Assembly: GCA_021498095.1 (NCBI GenBank)
Contig: JAIZWK010000001.1
Coordinates: 2,160,001 to 2,192,000, forward strand
Source of the DNA: Candidatus Harpocratesius repetitus
Lineage (GTDB): Archaea > Asgardarchaeota > Lokiarchaeia > Sigyniarchaeales > Promethearchaeaceae
DNA: 32,000 nt
Reading direction: 5' to 3'
The position numbers were made by a program, and so were the translations under genes. Under the pieces are notes generated by a model. That model saw only the letters and a list, made by a program, of their open reading frames with translations. It searched no databases and was not told the DNA's origin. This document shows, in pieces, positions 1-8,456 of this stretch; position 1 is the stretch's first letter; the number at the start of each line of letters is the position of its first letter.

Positions 1-96
1 GATACATCAACTGGTGGTATTCCAGGATATTCCTTCCTTGGCTTACTCGGTGCTGCTGCTATTGCATTAGGTGTTATTTATAAAAAACGAAAGTAA
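1..96 (+). CDS. 3' end of a cell-surface protein with Loki-CTERM-like C-terminal sorting/anchor signal (partial)
   Basis: Frame 1 reads DTSTGGIPGYSFLGLLGAAAIALGVIYKKRK*: IPGY motif, hydrophobic helix, basic tail, TAA at 94-96. Confidence 0.85.
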   Translation, partial: DTSTGGIPGYSFLGLLGAAAIALGVIYKKRK

Positions 97-132
97 TTTA
101 CGCTATTATAAATAAAAACTATTGCAAAAGTC

Positions 133-161
133 GATGACTTTATGTCATCACATTTTTTTTT
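133..161 (+). terminator. Probable terminator (short hairpin plus T-run) of the upstream CTERM gene
   Basis: GATGAC-tttat-GTCATC stem (133-149) followed by a 9-T run (153-161), 37 bp after the stop codon. Confidence 0.5.
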
Positions 162-164
162 CTT

Positions 165-180
165 CAGTCTTTAAGGTTAT
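165..180 (+). repeat. IS terminal inverted repeat (transposase 3' side)
   Basis: CAGTCTTTAAGGTTAT; its reverse complement matches 1615-1630 at 15/16. Confidence 0.9.
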
Positions 181-183
181 GTT

Positions 184-1266
184 CTAAACTTCAAAGAACA
201 ACCTCCTTTTTTCTTTTTGTAAAAACCACACATTTTCTTTAGTATTTTCAAGCATCTCCCTCTCGATCACCTCAGTTATGCTTGATTGATAAACATTTAA
301 ACTCGTTTCCCATAATTTAGTGTGACATTTGATTTGTTGTTTGCGGTAAAATTGCCAACAGTTAAAAATATATGCTCTCAGATATATCTGAGCTAATTGT
401 GGGAAGGGATAGTGATTTCGGAATGATTCATGGATAGAATTAAGCATGCGAAATCCAGTTTCTTCGAACCATCTTTTTTTATAAGTTCTGGAGAGCCAGC
501 GGCTCCATCGAGCTAAATTCTTTCGAGGATGAAGAGTGGTAAAAAAACCTTCAATTTCTTCAACCGCTTCATCAAGCGCAAGTTTTTTTCTGCGGAATTG
601 CTCACGAACCTGCAAAGCTGATTTACTTCGATGTGCAGTTAATACTAAATTCACATAAACGGAGCTCGGCCAAGGTTTGGTCTTTGGACTCTGTGCGAAC
701 AGATATTTTTCACATAATCCCTTTTTACCATACAAAAATTCCTTGAAAAGCCTCTTAACTTTATGGAATTTTTTAGCAGGAATTAAAACGGGAAGTTTTT
801 GATCTTTTAATTCTTTGATAAGCGAAGCGCGGTAGAATTCGCGGTCCATTAGCGCATAACTGAGGTTAAATCCTTGAAATTTGAGCCATTTTGCGGAAAG
901 TCCAATATGTTTTGCACGGTATTGTTTGTGGCGAAGGAGTCGGAATTCTGAAAACAGAGTCATACCACATCCTTGAATTGCTATGCCTTGAAACAAACGG
1001 GCTTTACGAGTTCCCGGTTGTTTATGAGTTCCAACTTCAAAAGGCGGTCTAGGTTTTCTATAGTACGGATACTCTGTGTTGTCGACCAGCAACCGCATTT
1101 TTGACCCACCAATCGAATGACTTCGAATTTTTTGATTCACATGGTTTAAAAGGTTTCCGAAGATAAAGTGAATATCTTTCTCAGATAATAGCCTAAAGAA
1201 TTTATCAACATCAGTCTGATGAGGGACTAACCGTCTCTTACGAACTCCATCGCGAAAGTCCTTCAA
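184..1266 (-). CDS. DDE transposase (IS4/ISH3-like), catalytic C-terminal part, out of frame with its N-terminal part
   Basis: LLVDNT (first D), ALMDREFY (second D) and YKKRWFEETGFR (Y-x2-R-x3-E signature of the IS4 superfamily). The frame stays open upstream of the TTG to about 1308 (QKLSKHYRKKFNLK). Confidence 0.85.
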   Translation of the reverse strand: MKDFRDGVRKRRLVPHQTDVDKFFRLLSEKDIHFIFGNLLNHVNQKIRSHSIGGSKMRLLVDNTEYPYYRKPRPPFEVGTHKQPGTRKARLFQGIAIQGCGMTLFSEFRLLRHKQYRAKHIGLSAKWLKFQGFNLSYALMDREFYRASLIKELKDQKLPVLIPAKKFHKVKRLFKEFLYGKKGLCEKYLFAQSPKTKPWPSSVYVNLVLTAHRSKSALQVREQFRRKKLALDEAVEEIEGFFTTLHPRKNLARWSRWLSRTYKKRWFEETGFRMLNSIHESFRNHYPFPQLAQIYLRAYIFNCWQFYRKQQIKCHTKLWETSLNVYQSSITEVIEREMLENTKENVWFLQKEKRRLFFEV

Positions 1267-1535
1267 TTTAAGATTAAATTTCTTTCGGTAGTGCTTAGAA
1301 AGTTTTTGTTAAGATAATTTGAAGCATATTCGATGGATTTCTTGCTGGCTAAAGCGTATAGTTTGACTAAAATGAAATCACAATAGGTATACAGTCTTGG
1401 ACGAAATTTCTGAGCGATTTCCGATCGACCCACCAACTTGTTAACATAAGATTTAAATTCTTCACGGAGAAATAAATTTATAGGGAAAGGTGGGAGGGAC
1501 GATTGGGGAATCGTCGTTTCTGTAAAAGAACTCAT
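1263..1535 (-). CDS. Transposase N-terminal part (frameshifted gene: pseudogene or programmed -1 frameshift)
   Basis: Lies inside the TIRs directly upstream of the DDE ORF and overlaps its open frame by about 45 nt. A single -1 shift joins them into a protein of about 450 aa. Confidence 0.75.
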   Translation of the reverse strand: MSSFTETTIPQSSLPPFPINLFLREEFKSYVNKLVGRSEIAQKFRPRLYTYCDFILVKLYALASKKSIEYASNYLNKNFLSTTERNLILN

Positions 1536-1614
1536 AATCTATCAAATAAATTTTCTCCTTTCCCTTCAAAACTGTTTCGGTCTTCGCTTATTGTCGTATT
1601 GATTCGTTTAGATT

Positions 1615-1630
1615 ATAACCTTGAAGACTG
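1615..1630 (-). repeat. IS terminal inverted repeat (transposase 5' side)
   Basis: ATAACCTTGAAGACTG, partner of 165-180. Confidence 0.9.
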
Positions 1631-1711
1631 TTTCTTCTTAAAATAAAGAATTTTTCTGTTAACAAGAGGGTTTTTGTAGAGAGAAAGGAAAAAAATAAAA
1701 GAAACAAAAAA

Positions 1712-3508
1712 TCATTCATTAGGGATTTCAGTATCAATTTTATTTTTGATCTTATTAATCATTTCATCTATATTGTCTTTAGGTCCAAAAATATAAATTC
1801 TGACACCAGGACCGGTTCCTGACGGCCGAAAATAAATATCCGTTTTTGGATTATATAAATGAATTATTGCTGTTCGACCATTTACTTCAGAAAAACATGA
1901 AATTGTTAGTTTGTCTTCATCGATTTTATAGATTTGATCAATTTTTGAGTTGAAATTTTCAACAATTCGTAATTTACGCTGATCATTGGCTGATATCATG
2001 GATCTAATTCCTTGAATATTTTGATCAATAAATTTTGAAAGATCAAAACCCATTTCAATTAAAGTAGTTAATATTAGCAAGGCTTCTGCTGGATATTTAT
2101 CCCCGATTGGCAGATATTTTGCTTTTATTTTTATATTATTTTCTTCATTATTATCTTCTTTTCTCATTTCTAATATATTAAATGTGTGCCCTCCAGACTC
2201 TTCCCATAATGCCATAATTAGAGAATTCTGGGTTAATTTTATCATTTTTTTGAAAACAAAAGGAATTTCTTTGATAGAAGTAATTTTCTTATATTTTCCA
2301 TCTGAATCTTTAAAATATAATATTGCAGTTTGAAATACATTATTATCGATAGAATCCTCTATAGCTGCATATAATATAATCCCTAAATGTTTATATCCCA
2401 CTCCTGTTGCAAATGTCAATAATGCATTTGAATCTGATCGAGGGTCACTAGGAATAGTTCTAACGTTAATTAATGGAATTTTAAATTTTGTTGAAAGAAT
2501 ATTATGCATGGCTGTATACAACGAATTTGGTTGAAATATTTCAAGATTATTCGTAGAATTGTTGTAAATTGCAAAAACAATCCGGTCTCTATCAGTATCT
2601 AGTAAAATTCCTGTATTTACTTTATTTTTCTTCATAATTTCTAATAATTTAGATTTATTAAGATTAACTGTAGGGTTTGGTGGCTCCATTTCTTCTTCAA
2701 CTAATATTACTTGCATACCAACTTGATGAAAAAGATCTTGTAATTCTGGTGCTGTTCCCATATATGGCCAAAGAAGGACTTTTTTTCCATTTAAAATATC
2801 TAAATTTATAATTTCATTTACTATTTTTAAGATATATTGATTATTTTTCGAATTTGCATCTAAATAACCAACTTGGAAATCATTTTTAAGATAAATTTCA
2901 GAATATTCTAATGATTTTTCTGAAACTGCTTTCATTATGCTTCCAGATATTGGAATAGGTCGTTCGATGTAAAACTTAATTCCATTCCATATAATTCCAT
3001 TATGACTTGCTGTTAAAACGATAACTAAATCAATCTCTTCAAATAAGCCGACACTTGCACTAGCATATGGAGTACTCATTCGTGAGTAATAAGGATCTTT
3101 TTTTACAATTTCTTTTTCAAAATCATAAATTGGTTTTTGAAAATAGATCCGATATTCATCATAAGCGAGGATTTTTGCAAAAAATTTCAGTAAATAACTT
3201 GAAGATGGGCGATCATCGGAAACTAATAATACACCTGGTTTTTCTTTTTTTATTTGTTTTTTAGCAATTTCACTTATTGCTCTAAATGCTCGAAGAAAAA
3301 GGAACTGATATTCTTCCGGCATAAATAATTCATTATTCTGTCTTATTTCATAGATTTCCATGCGTAATCCCGAAGTTGGAGGCACAAGAGGGTTTAATTT
3401 TTCTTTACCTTCTTGATTCAAGCTTGGAAGCTTAACACAACTTATATCTTTATGTTCTTCGATAGGAATTTGTTTGTGAATTGTAATATATTTCATTTTA
3501 ATCACCAT
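1712..3508 (-). CDS. Alpha-D-phosphohexomutase family (phosphoglucomutase/phosphomannomutase)
   Basis: TSGLR N-terminal motif, TASHN phosphoserine loop, DTDRDR metal loop, WEESGG sugar-binding loop, FRPSGT phosphate loop. Confidence 0.9.
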   Translation of the reverse strand: MVIKMKYITIHKQIPIEEHKDISCVKLPSLNQEGKEKLNPLVPPTSGLRMEIYEIRQNNELFMPEEYQFLFLRAFRAISEIAKKQIKKEKPGVLLVSDDRPSSSYLLKFFAKILAYDEYRIYFQKPIYDFEKEIVKKDPYYSRMSTPYASASVGLFEEIDLVIVLTASHNGIIWNGIKFYIERPIPISGSIMKAVSEKSLEYSEIYLKNDFQVGYLDANSKNNQYILKIVNEIINLDILNGKKVLLWPYMGTAPELQDLFHQVGMQVILVEEEMEPPNPTVNLNKSKLLEIMKKNKVNTGILLDTDRDRIVFAIYNNSTNNLEIFQPNSLYTAMHNILSTKFKIPLINVRTIPSDPRSDSNALLTFATGVGYKHLGIILYAAIEDSIDNNVFQTAILYFKDSDGKYKKITSIKEIPFVFKKMIKLTQNSLIMALWEESGGHTFNILEMRKEDNNEENNIKIKAKYLPIGDKYPAEALLILTTLIEMGFDLSKFIDQNIQGIRSMISANDQRKLRIVENFNSKIDQIYKIDEDKLTISCFSEVNGRTAIIHLYNPKTDIYFRPSGTGPGVRIYIFGPKDNIDEMINKIKNKIDTEIPNE

Positions 3509-3600
3509 TTTTTATAATGCAATAAGTAATATCATGATCTCCTAACTCTATTTTATTCTAAAGATCAAAGATCAAGATTAGAGAAAAAATTTCTTTTTAT

Positions 3601-4479
3601 TTATTTTTTTAATAATCCATCTTGTTCATTAATTGAATCAATGATTTTCTTCAAAATTTCTAGTATAATAATTCTGTGATCAGGATTTATCGAAATCATC
3701 GCATAAGTAGGAATATTGAGTATTTTTTCAATAAATTGAGGAGTTAATCTATTAGATAAATCTTGTTTATTTGCAATTCCAATAATGATTGCTTCTTTAT
3801 AGCGTTTTGTGAGAAATCTTTCCAAAATTTTTTTTGTTTCTTGAACGTTTGTATAAGTTGAATCGGTAACTAATAAAACAATGCGAGTTCCTCTTAATAA
3901 ACTGTCCCATAAGTCCGTAAATTGAATTTGTCCAGCAAAATCCCATAGAACGATCTTTCTCGGGCCTAACTTATCAAAATTCGCTATATCAGCTGTAATT
4001 GTCGGTACATATTCAAGGTTTACTTCTTCTCCAACAATTAATCTGGTTAGTGTGGTTTTTCCTACTCCAGCATAACCTAAGATTGAAACCTTTATTGGTC
4101 CTAAGATAATTCGATCAATTTCTTGTTTGAATTCTTTAAAAACAGTTCGTTCTCCATCCCAGTCATTATTCTCAAAGATTGTATGGTATCTAGACCAAAA
4201 CCCCTCCATAATTGATTCAATTTTAGGAGATATTTCTTCTTCTTGGTCATAAATATCAGTACATATAACAACAATAATATCATGAGCGATACTATATATG
4301 AATTTAGAATTTCCTGTAATAGTTGATTTAATTTCTGCTTGAGAGATTTCCATCATAAATCCAGAAAAGGCGCTTAAAAAACCCGCTAGTAAATCTTGAT
4401 CGACTTTTGTTGCACCGTACTCTCTAAATAATAAAGATTTTCCATCAATGGTGAGAATATTTACATGTTTGATTGTCAT
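3601..4479 (-). CDS. Longin-like domain fused to a small Ras-superfamily (Arf/Rab-like) GTPase
   Basis: C-terminal GYAGVGKTT (G1), PTI (G2), WDFAGQ (G3), NKQD (G4). The N-terminal ~125 aa has the longin/roadblock pattern (ILTIDGKSLLFREY...DLLAGFLSAFSGFM). ATG at 4479 preferred; upstream GTG at 4503 possible. Confidence 0.85.
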   Translation of the reverse strand: MTIKHVNILTIDGKSLLFREYGATKVDQDLLAGFLSAFSGFMMEISQAEIKSTITGNSKFIYSIAHDIIVVICTDIYDQEEEISPKIESIMEGFWSRYHTIFENNDWDGERTVFKEFKQEIDRIILGPIKVSILGYAGVGKTTLTRLIVGEEVNLEYVPTITADIANFDKLGPRKIVLWDFAGQIQFTDLWDSLLRGTRIVLLVTDSTYTNVQETKKILERFLTKRYKEAIIIGIANKQDLSNRLTPQFIEKILNIPTYAMISINPDHRIIILEILKKIIDSINEQDGLLKK

Positions 4480-4602
4480 CGAATCCACCACGATTTTAGC
4501 CACAGAAAAACGTTCATATTATAAGAGCAAAAGTAATTTGAAGTTTAAAGTATAAGTATTATTTATCTATATATACTAAATACTTTTGGATGCGATACTT
4601 CA

Positions 4603-5238
4603 ATGGAGAATTCAAACCCGAGGCTACAAAATAATATTACAAAAATGGAAAAACAATTACAAAATTTTGGAGAAATCCTTCAAAAATTTGGACTTGATCT
4701 GATTCAATCTATAGGTGAAATGAAACATAATCTTTCGGTGTTATCAGATAAAATTGAAAAAATAGAATATGAACTAATCGAATTAAAAGGTCTCAAAAAC
4801 CAACTCCAAGAAAGTAGTAAATTAAGAGAAGAGATTTTACTAAAAAGTAATAGAATTGAAAAACAAATTAAATTGCTAAATTCTAAAGTAGATCAATATT
4901 ATCAAGTTAATTTTCCTTCAGGAAATAATTTAAGACCATCTACTTCATCAAGATCACAATTTTCTCAAGATAATTATAATAATTCACCAAAAAATCCTGA
5001 GCAGATTATTCAAAAATATTATAACCAAATTTCATCCATTACAGATTTTTCAGGTTTGACACAAATTTTAAGAGATTTACGAGAACAAATTTATGTTTCA
5101 ACTGGTGGTCACAAGATATTGCTCGAAATACGTGGTTATGAAAAAAATCTTGAAAAAAAAAATAATAAAAATAATTTGGATAGTATTAAAGCAGAGCTAA
5201 AAGACAAATTGATAAATTGGAAAAAAGAAATTAAATAA
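4603..5238 (+). CDS. Hypothetical protein: N-terminal coiled coil, S/N-rich linker, small helical C-terminal domain
   Basis: 211-aa ORF with heptad-like L/I/E/K pattern in the first 100 aa; divergent from the GTPase gene. Confidence 0.7.
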   Translation: MENSNPRLQNNITKMEKQLQNFGEILQKFGLDLIQSIGEMKHNLSVLSDKIEKIEYELIELKGLKNQLQESSKLREEILLKSNRIEKQIKLLNSKVDQYYQVNFPSGNNLRPSTSSRSQFSQDNYNNSPKNPEQIIQKYYNQISSITDFSGLTQILRDLREQIYVSTGGHKILLEIRGYEKNLEKKNNKNNLDSIKAELKDKLINWKKEIK

Positions 5239-6082
5239 AAGGAATTGAAATTGGCCAAATATCATCTAAATTTTCAGTAAATCTATAATATTGTCTATAC
5301 TTTAGAATATTATCACTTACTTTTTTTTCTGATATCCTTTTTCTAATGATTTTTATATTTTTTTCACTCTTTTCAATTCCAATACTTCTACGACGTAATT
5401 GTTTTGCAACAATATTTGTTGTACCTGTTCCAGCAAATGGGTCTAAAATTAAATCATTTGGTTTGGTTGAAGAAAGCAAAATTCGCAACAATAAAGCAAT
5501 AGGAGATTGCTGTTTATGTAAACGTTTATTTGATTTCTCTTCTCTTAAGGCTTCGTGACCAGCAAAATAACCGGATGTTAATTCTCTAATATCAGTCCAA
5601 ACATCTGTACAAAATAGTCCATTATCTCTCTTAATTTTCATATGGGGTTCTAATGGTGCATCATATCTAATTTTATGAAAGGTCTTAGGTCGTTCTCCTT
5701 TACTAAAAAAAGCAATTATCTGATAATGTTTTCCATAACGATATTTTTGAGGCACTGCAGATGTCATTTTTTTCCATATTATTAAGTTTTGAAAAACCCA
5801 ATTTGTTTCTCTCAAAATTCTGAGAACTTCTTCAGTATTTTTTTCTCTCTGCATAAAATATATTACTCCACCATCCTTAGTTTTTTGATAGATCATTTCA
5901 CAAATCGATTTCATCCACGTCCAATATTCATTTGTTTTCATATTATCTGAATGATTATGATAATATTTATCTTGATTAAACGGCGGGTCTAAAAAGGAGA
6001 GATCTAAAGATTGATCTTTAATTTCTCTTTTTATTGAATTTTCACAACTTCCATGGAAGATTAACGGTTCATATTTTTCCAT
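5231..6082 (-). CDS. Site-specific DNA amino-methyltransferase (N4-C/N6-A), beta class
   Basis: Catalytic motif IV DPPF near the N-terminus and SAM-binding motif I DPFAGTGTT near the C-terminus (beta order), plus HKQQSP motif. Confidence 0.9.
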   Translation of the reverse strand: MEKYEPLIFHGSCENSIKREIKDQSLDLSFLDPPFNQDKYYHNHSDNMKTNEYWTWMKSICEMIYQKTKDGGVIYFMQREKNTEEVLRILRETNWVFQNLIIWKKMTSAVPQKYRYGKHYQIIAFFSKGERPKTFHKIRYDAPLEPHMKIKRDNGLFCTDVWTDIRELTSGYFAGHEALREEKSNKRLHKQQSPIALLLRILLSSTKPNDLILDPFAGTGTTNIVAKQLRRRSIGIEKSEKNIKIIRKRISEKKVSDNILKYRQYYRFTENLDDIWPISIPFI

Positions 6083-6198
6083 TTTTATAACTCACTTAAA
6101 AAAAGGATATAATTTTAGATTTTAAAAAAGATGTAAATAAGAATACGCTAAAGAAATAAAAGAAGTAAATTAAATAGGATAAAACAAGACAGGTTTGC

Positions 6199-6990
6199 TT
6201 ATTTTTCTTTTCGTTTGTATCCTTCGATTACCATATTTTGCAATTCTATCTTTTTTTCTAATTCTTTTATTTTCTTTTCCATGCTTTTTTGTAATTCTTC
6301 TAGTTGAATAACTTGATTTTCTTTATTTTTAAGCGTGTTATTCAAGTTTTTATTTTCTTTTAATAATTCTTCTTTTTGAGCAAAAAGATTTGTAATTTCT
6401 TGTTGTAATTGTTGAATTCCTTTATCAATTTCTGAATATTTTTCATTTTGAGCAATAACCTGCTCTAATTTTGAACGAAGTTGTTCAATTATTTTTTCAT
6501 ATTCTATAGATTGCTTTTCGAATTTTTGTTTAAATTGCTTTTCCATCTCTTCAATCTGATTTTTTAGATTATTATTTTGAACAATAACTGCTTCAATTTG
6601 TTCTTCTGCTTCTACTTGTGTTCTTAAAGCATTCTGTTGTAAAGCTTGATTCTCTTCCTTCATTGATTCAATTTCTAATTTTAATTGCATAATTTCTTCT
6701 CTTAATGCTTCGTTCGGAGTATCAAGTTCAATTTCATGAATTAATGTTGTTTCATTTAGTGGTTTGTTCATTAACAGAAATTGATATAGTCGTAATAAAT
6801 TTCGGGCTGTAATCTCTGCTTTTTTTTCAAAATCTAAATTTGAATATATTTTTTGCTCATTTGATGAGTTAGACTCTGTTTTTGGTGCTGGGGGTATTGG
6901 AAGATTAGCTTTTGATTTACTTGAAGAAATCTTTTTTGATATTTTAGCTGTATGTGTTTTCTTTTTTGAAGTTGATTTTTTAGGATTCAC
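6199..6990 (-). CDS. Hypothetical long coiled-coil protein
   Basis: Basic/Ser-rich N-terminus, short conserved-looking segment (TARNLLRLYQFLLMN), then about 170 aa of Q/E/K/L heptads. GTG start. Confidence 0.7.
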   Translation of the reverse strand: MNPKKSTSKKKTHTAKISKKISSSKSKANLPIPPAPKTESNSSNEQKIYSNLDFEKKAEITARNLLRLYQFLLMNKPLNETTLIHEIELDTPNEALREEIMQLKLEIESMKEENQALQQNALRTQVEAEEQIEAVIVQNNNLKNQIEEMEKQFKQKFEKQSIEYEKIIEQLRSKLEQVIAQNEKYSEIDKGIQQLQQEITNLFAQKEELLKENKNLNNTLKNKENQVIQLEELQKSMEKKIKELEKKIELQNMVIEGYKRKEK

Positions 6991-7202
6991 TGCGTTTCTT
7001 TCCTTATGTTATGAATTTTTAATTATAATTTACTAAATCTTACTTTGATTTTTCACCTTTTTTATTTTTTGTTTAATTACTGCACAATTTCATTAAATGG
7101 TTTTTATTCATTCCAATAAAAACGAGATTTCTCAAAAAATGAATCATTAGTAACAATTTTTAATGATAGTAACATAGAATTTACATATTATATAAAATAG
7201 GG

Positions 7203-8396
7203 ATGGTTATGCCAACAAAAATAAATGATGATGAATTACTGCGTTATCTTGAAGATCATACATATGATGAAACTATGGAGCATTTTGGTATCAGTAGAAT
7301 GACTATTGCCCGAATTCGAAAACGTAACAAAATCAAATTCTCTCCTAATAAAATTAAATTAGCTATAGTTGGAATTGGAAATGCGGCCTCTGCACTTATT
7401 CAAGGAATTGAATATTACAAAGCTCGAGGTAACAATATTGGATTACTTCATCCAATTTTAGCAGGATACCATATTTCCGATATAGAAATCGTTGCAGCAT
7501 ATGATATCTCAGAAAAAAAAGTAGGAAAAGATCTTAGTGAAGCAGTTTTTGAAAATGAACTTGCACATTATATAGATCTTCCTAAAATGAATGTAGTGGT
7601 TGAGATGGGGGAATTATTGGATGGTGTTATTGATCAAACAAGAAAAATAATCAAACCAGCAAGTCTTAATTCTGTTGATATTGTTAATTCCTTAAAAAAG
7701 AGTGAAGCTGAAATTTTGTTATGTTTACTTCCATCTGGCGCAGATAAAGCGGTTAATTTTTACGTTCAAAAAGCTTTAGATGCAGGATGTGCATTTATTA
7801 ATGGTACTCCCTCATCTATTGCTACAAATAAAACTTTGGCTAGAAAATTCTACAATAAAGGGCTACCTCTTATTGGAGATGATTTACAAGATCAGTTCGG
7901 TGCTACAATTGTCCACAAATTGATTTTGCAGCAAATGATTCGTCAAGGTATAGATATAAAGGAAAGTTATGCTTTAGATGTCGGAGGAGGGGCAGAAAGT
8001 TTAAATACAATTCATCGTTCTCGCGAAATAAAACGGGAAATTAAAAGTGAAACTGTTTCTTCTTCTTTAAACATTAATACGCCAATTGTAGCTGGAACTT
8101 CGGATTATGTTCCTCATCTGAAAAATGGTCGAAATTCTATGCTTTGGATTGTTGGACGAGGATTTTTGGGTAATGAAGTTATTTTGGATATCAAAATTCA
8201 ATCTCAAGATGGGCCTAATGGAGGTAGTGTTTTAGCTGATGTAATTAGGGCTACAAAAATTGCTTTATTGCAAGGTGAAGCAGGTGCTATAAATGAAATT
8301 TCATGTTATGGTTTTAAACATCCTCCTCACGGCACAGAAACTCCCGAAATTGCTTTAAAAATGTTAGCCGATTTTGTTTTAGGAAGAAAACAGTAA
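7203..8396 (+). CDS. ino1: myo-inositol-1-phosphate synthase with an N-terminal helix-turn-helix extension
   Basis: IKLAIVGIGNAASALIQG NAD-binding motif, IVAAYD, FINGTP, LIGDDLQDQFGATIVH and QDGPNGGSVLADVIR match the archaeal/bacterial Ino1 pattern. Extra ~50 aa HTH-like N-terminus. Confidence 0.88.
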   Translation: MVMPTKINDDELLRYLEDHTYDETMEHFGISRMTIARIRKRNKIKFSPNKIKLAIVGIGNAASALIQGIEYYKARGNNIGLLHPILAGYHISDIEIVAAYDISEKKVGKDLSEAVFENELAHYIDLPKMNVVVEMGELLDGVIDQTRKIIKPASLNSVDIVNSLKKSEAEILLCLLPSGADKAVNFYVQKALDAGCAFINGTPSSIATNKTLARKFYNKGLPLIGDDLQDQFGATIVHKLILQQMIRQGIDIKESYALDVGGGAESLNTIHRSREIKREIKSETVSSSLNINTPIVAGTSDYVPHLKNGRNSMLWIVGRGFLGNEVILDIKIQSQDGPNGGSVLADVIRATKIALLQGEAGAINEISCYGFKHPPHGTETPEIALKMLADFVLGRKQ

Positions 8397-8456
8397 AAAA
8401 TTATCATATTGTAAATACAGTGATAAATTCACATTTTTTCTTTATTTCATTAAGTA

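Larger units (their letters stand above)
165..1630 (-). mobile_element. Insertion sequence, IS4 superfamily / ISH3-like, 1466 bp
   Basis: 16-bp terminal inverted repeats with 15/16 match (165-180 CAGTCTTTAAGGTTAT; 1615-1630 ATAACCTTGAAGACTG). Flanking 6-bp direct repeat TTTCTT (159-164 and 1631-1636). DDE transposase inside. Visibly more GC-rich than the flanks. Confidence 0.9.

Noticed and set aside
3067-5558. Short ORFs 3067..3264, 4101..4283 and 5346..5558
   Set aside because: Fully nested in well-supported longer genes, with no motifs.
4603-6990. Restriction-modification or other defence system around the methyltransferase
   Set aside because: No nuclease, helicase or specificity-subunit motifs in the flanking ORFs.
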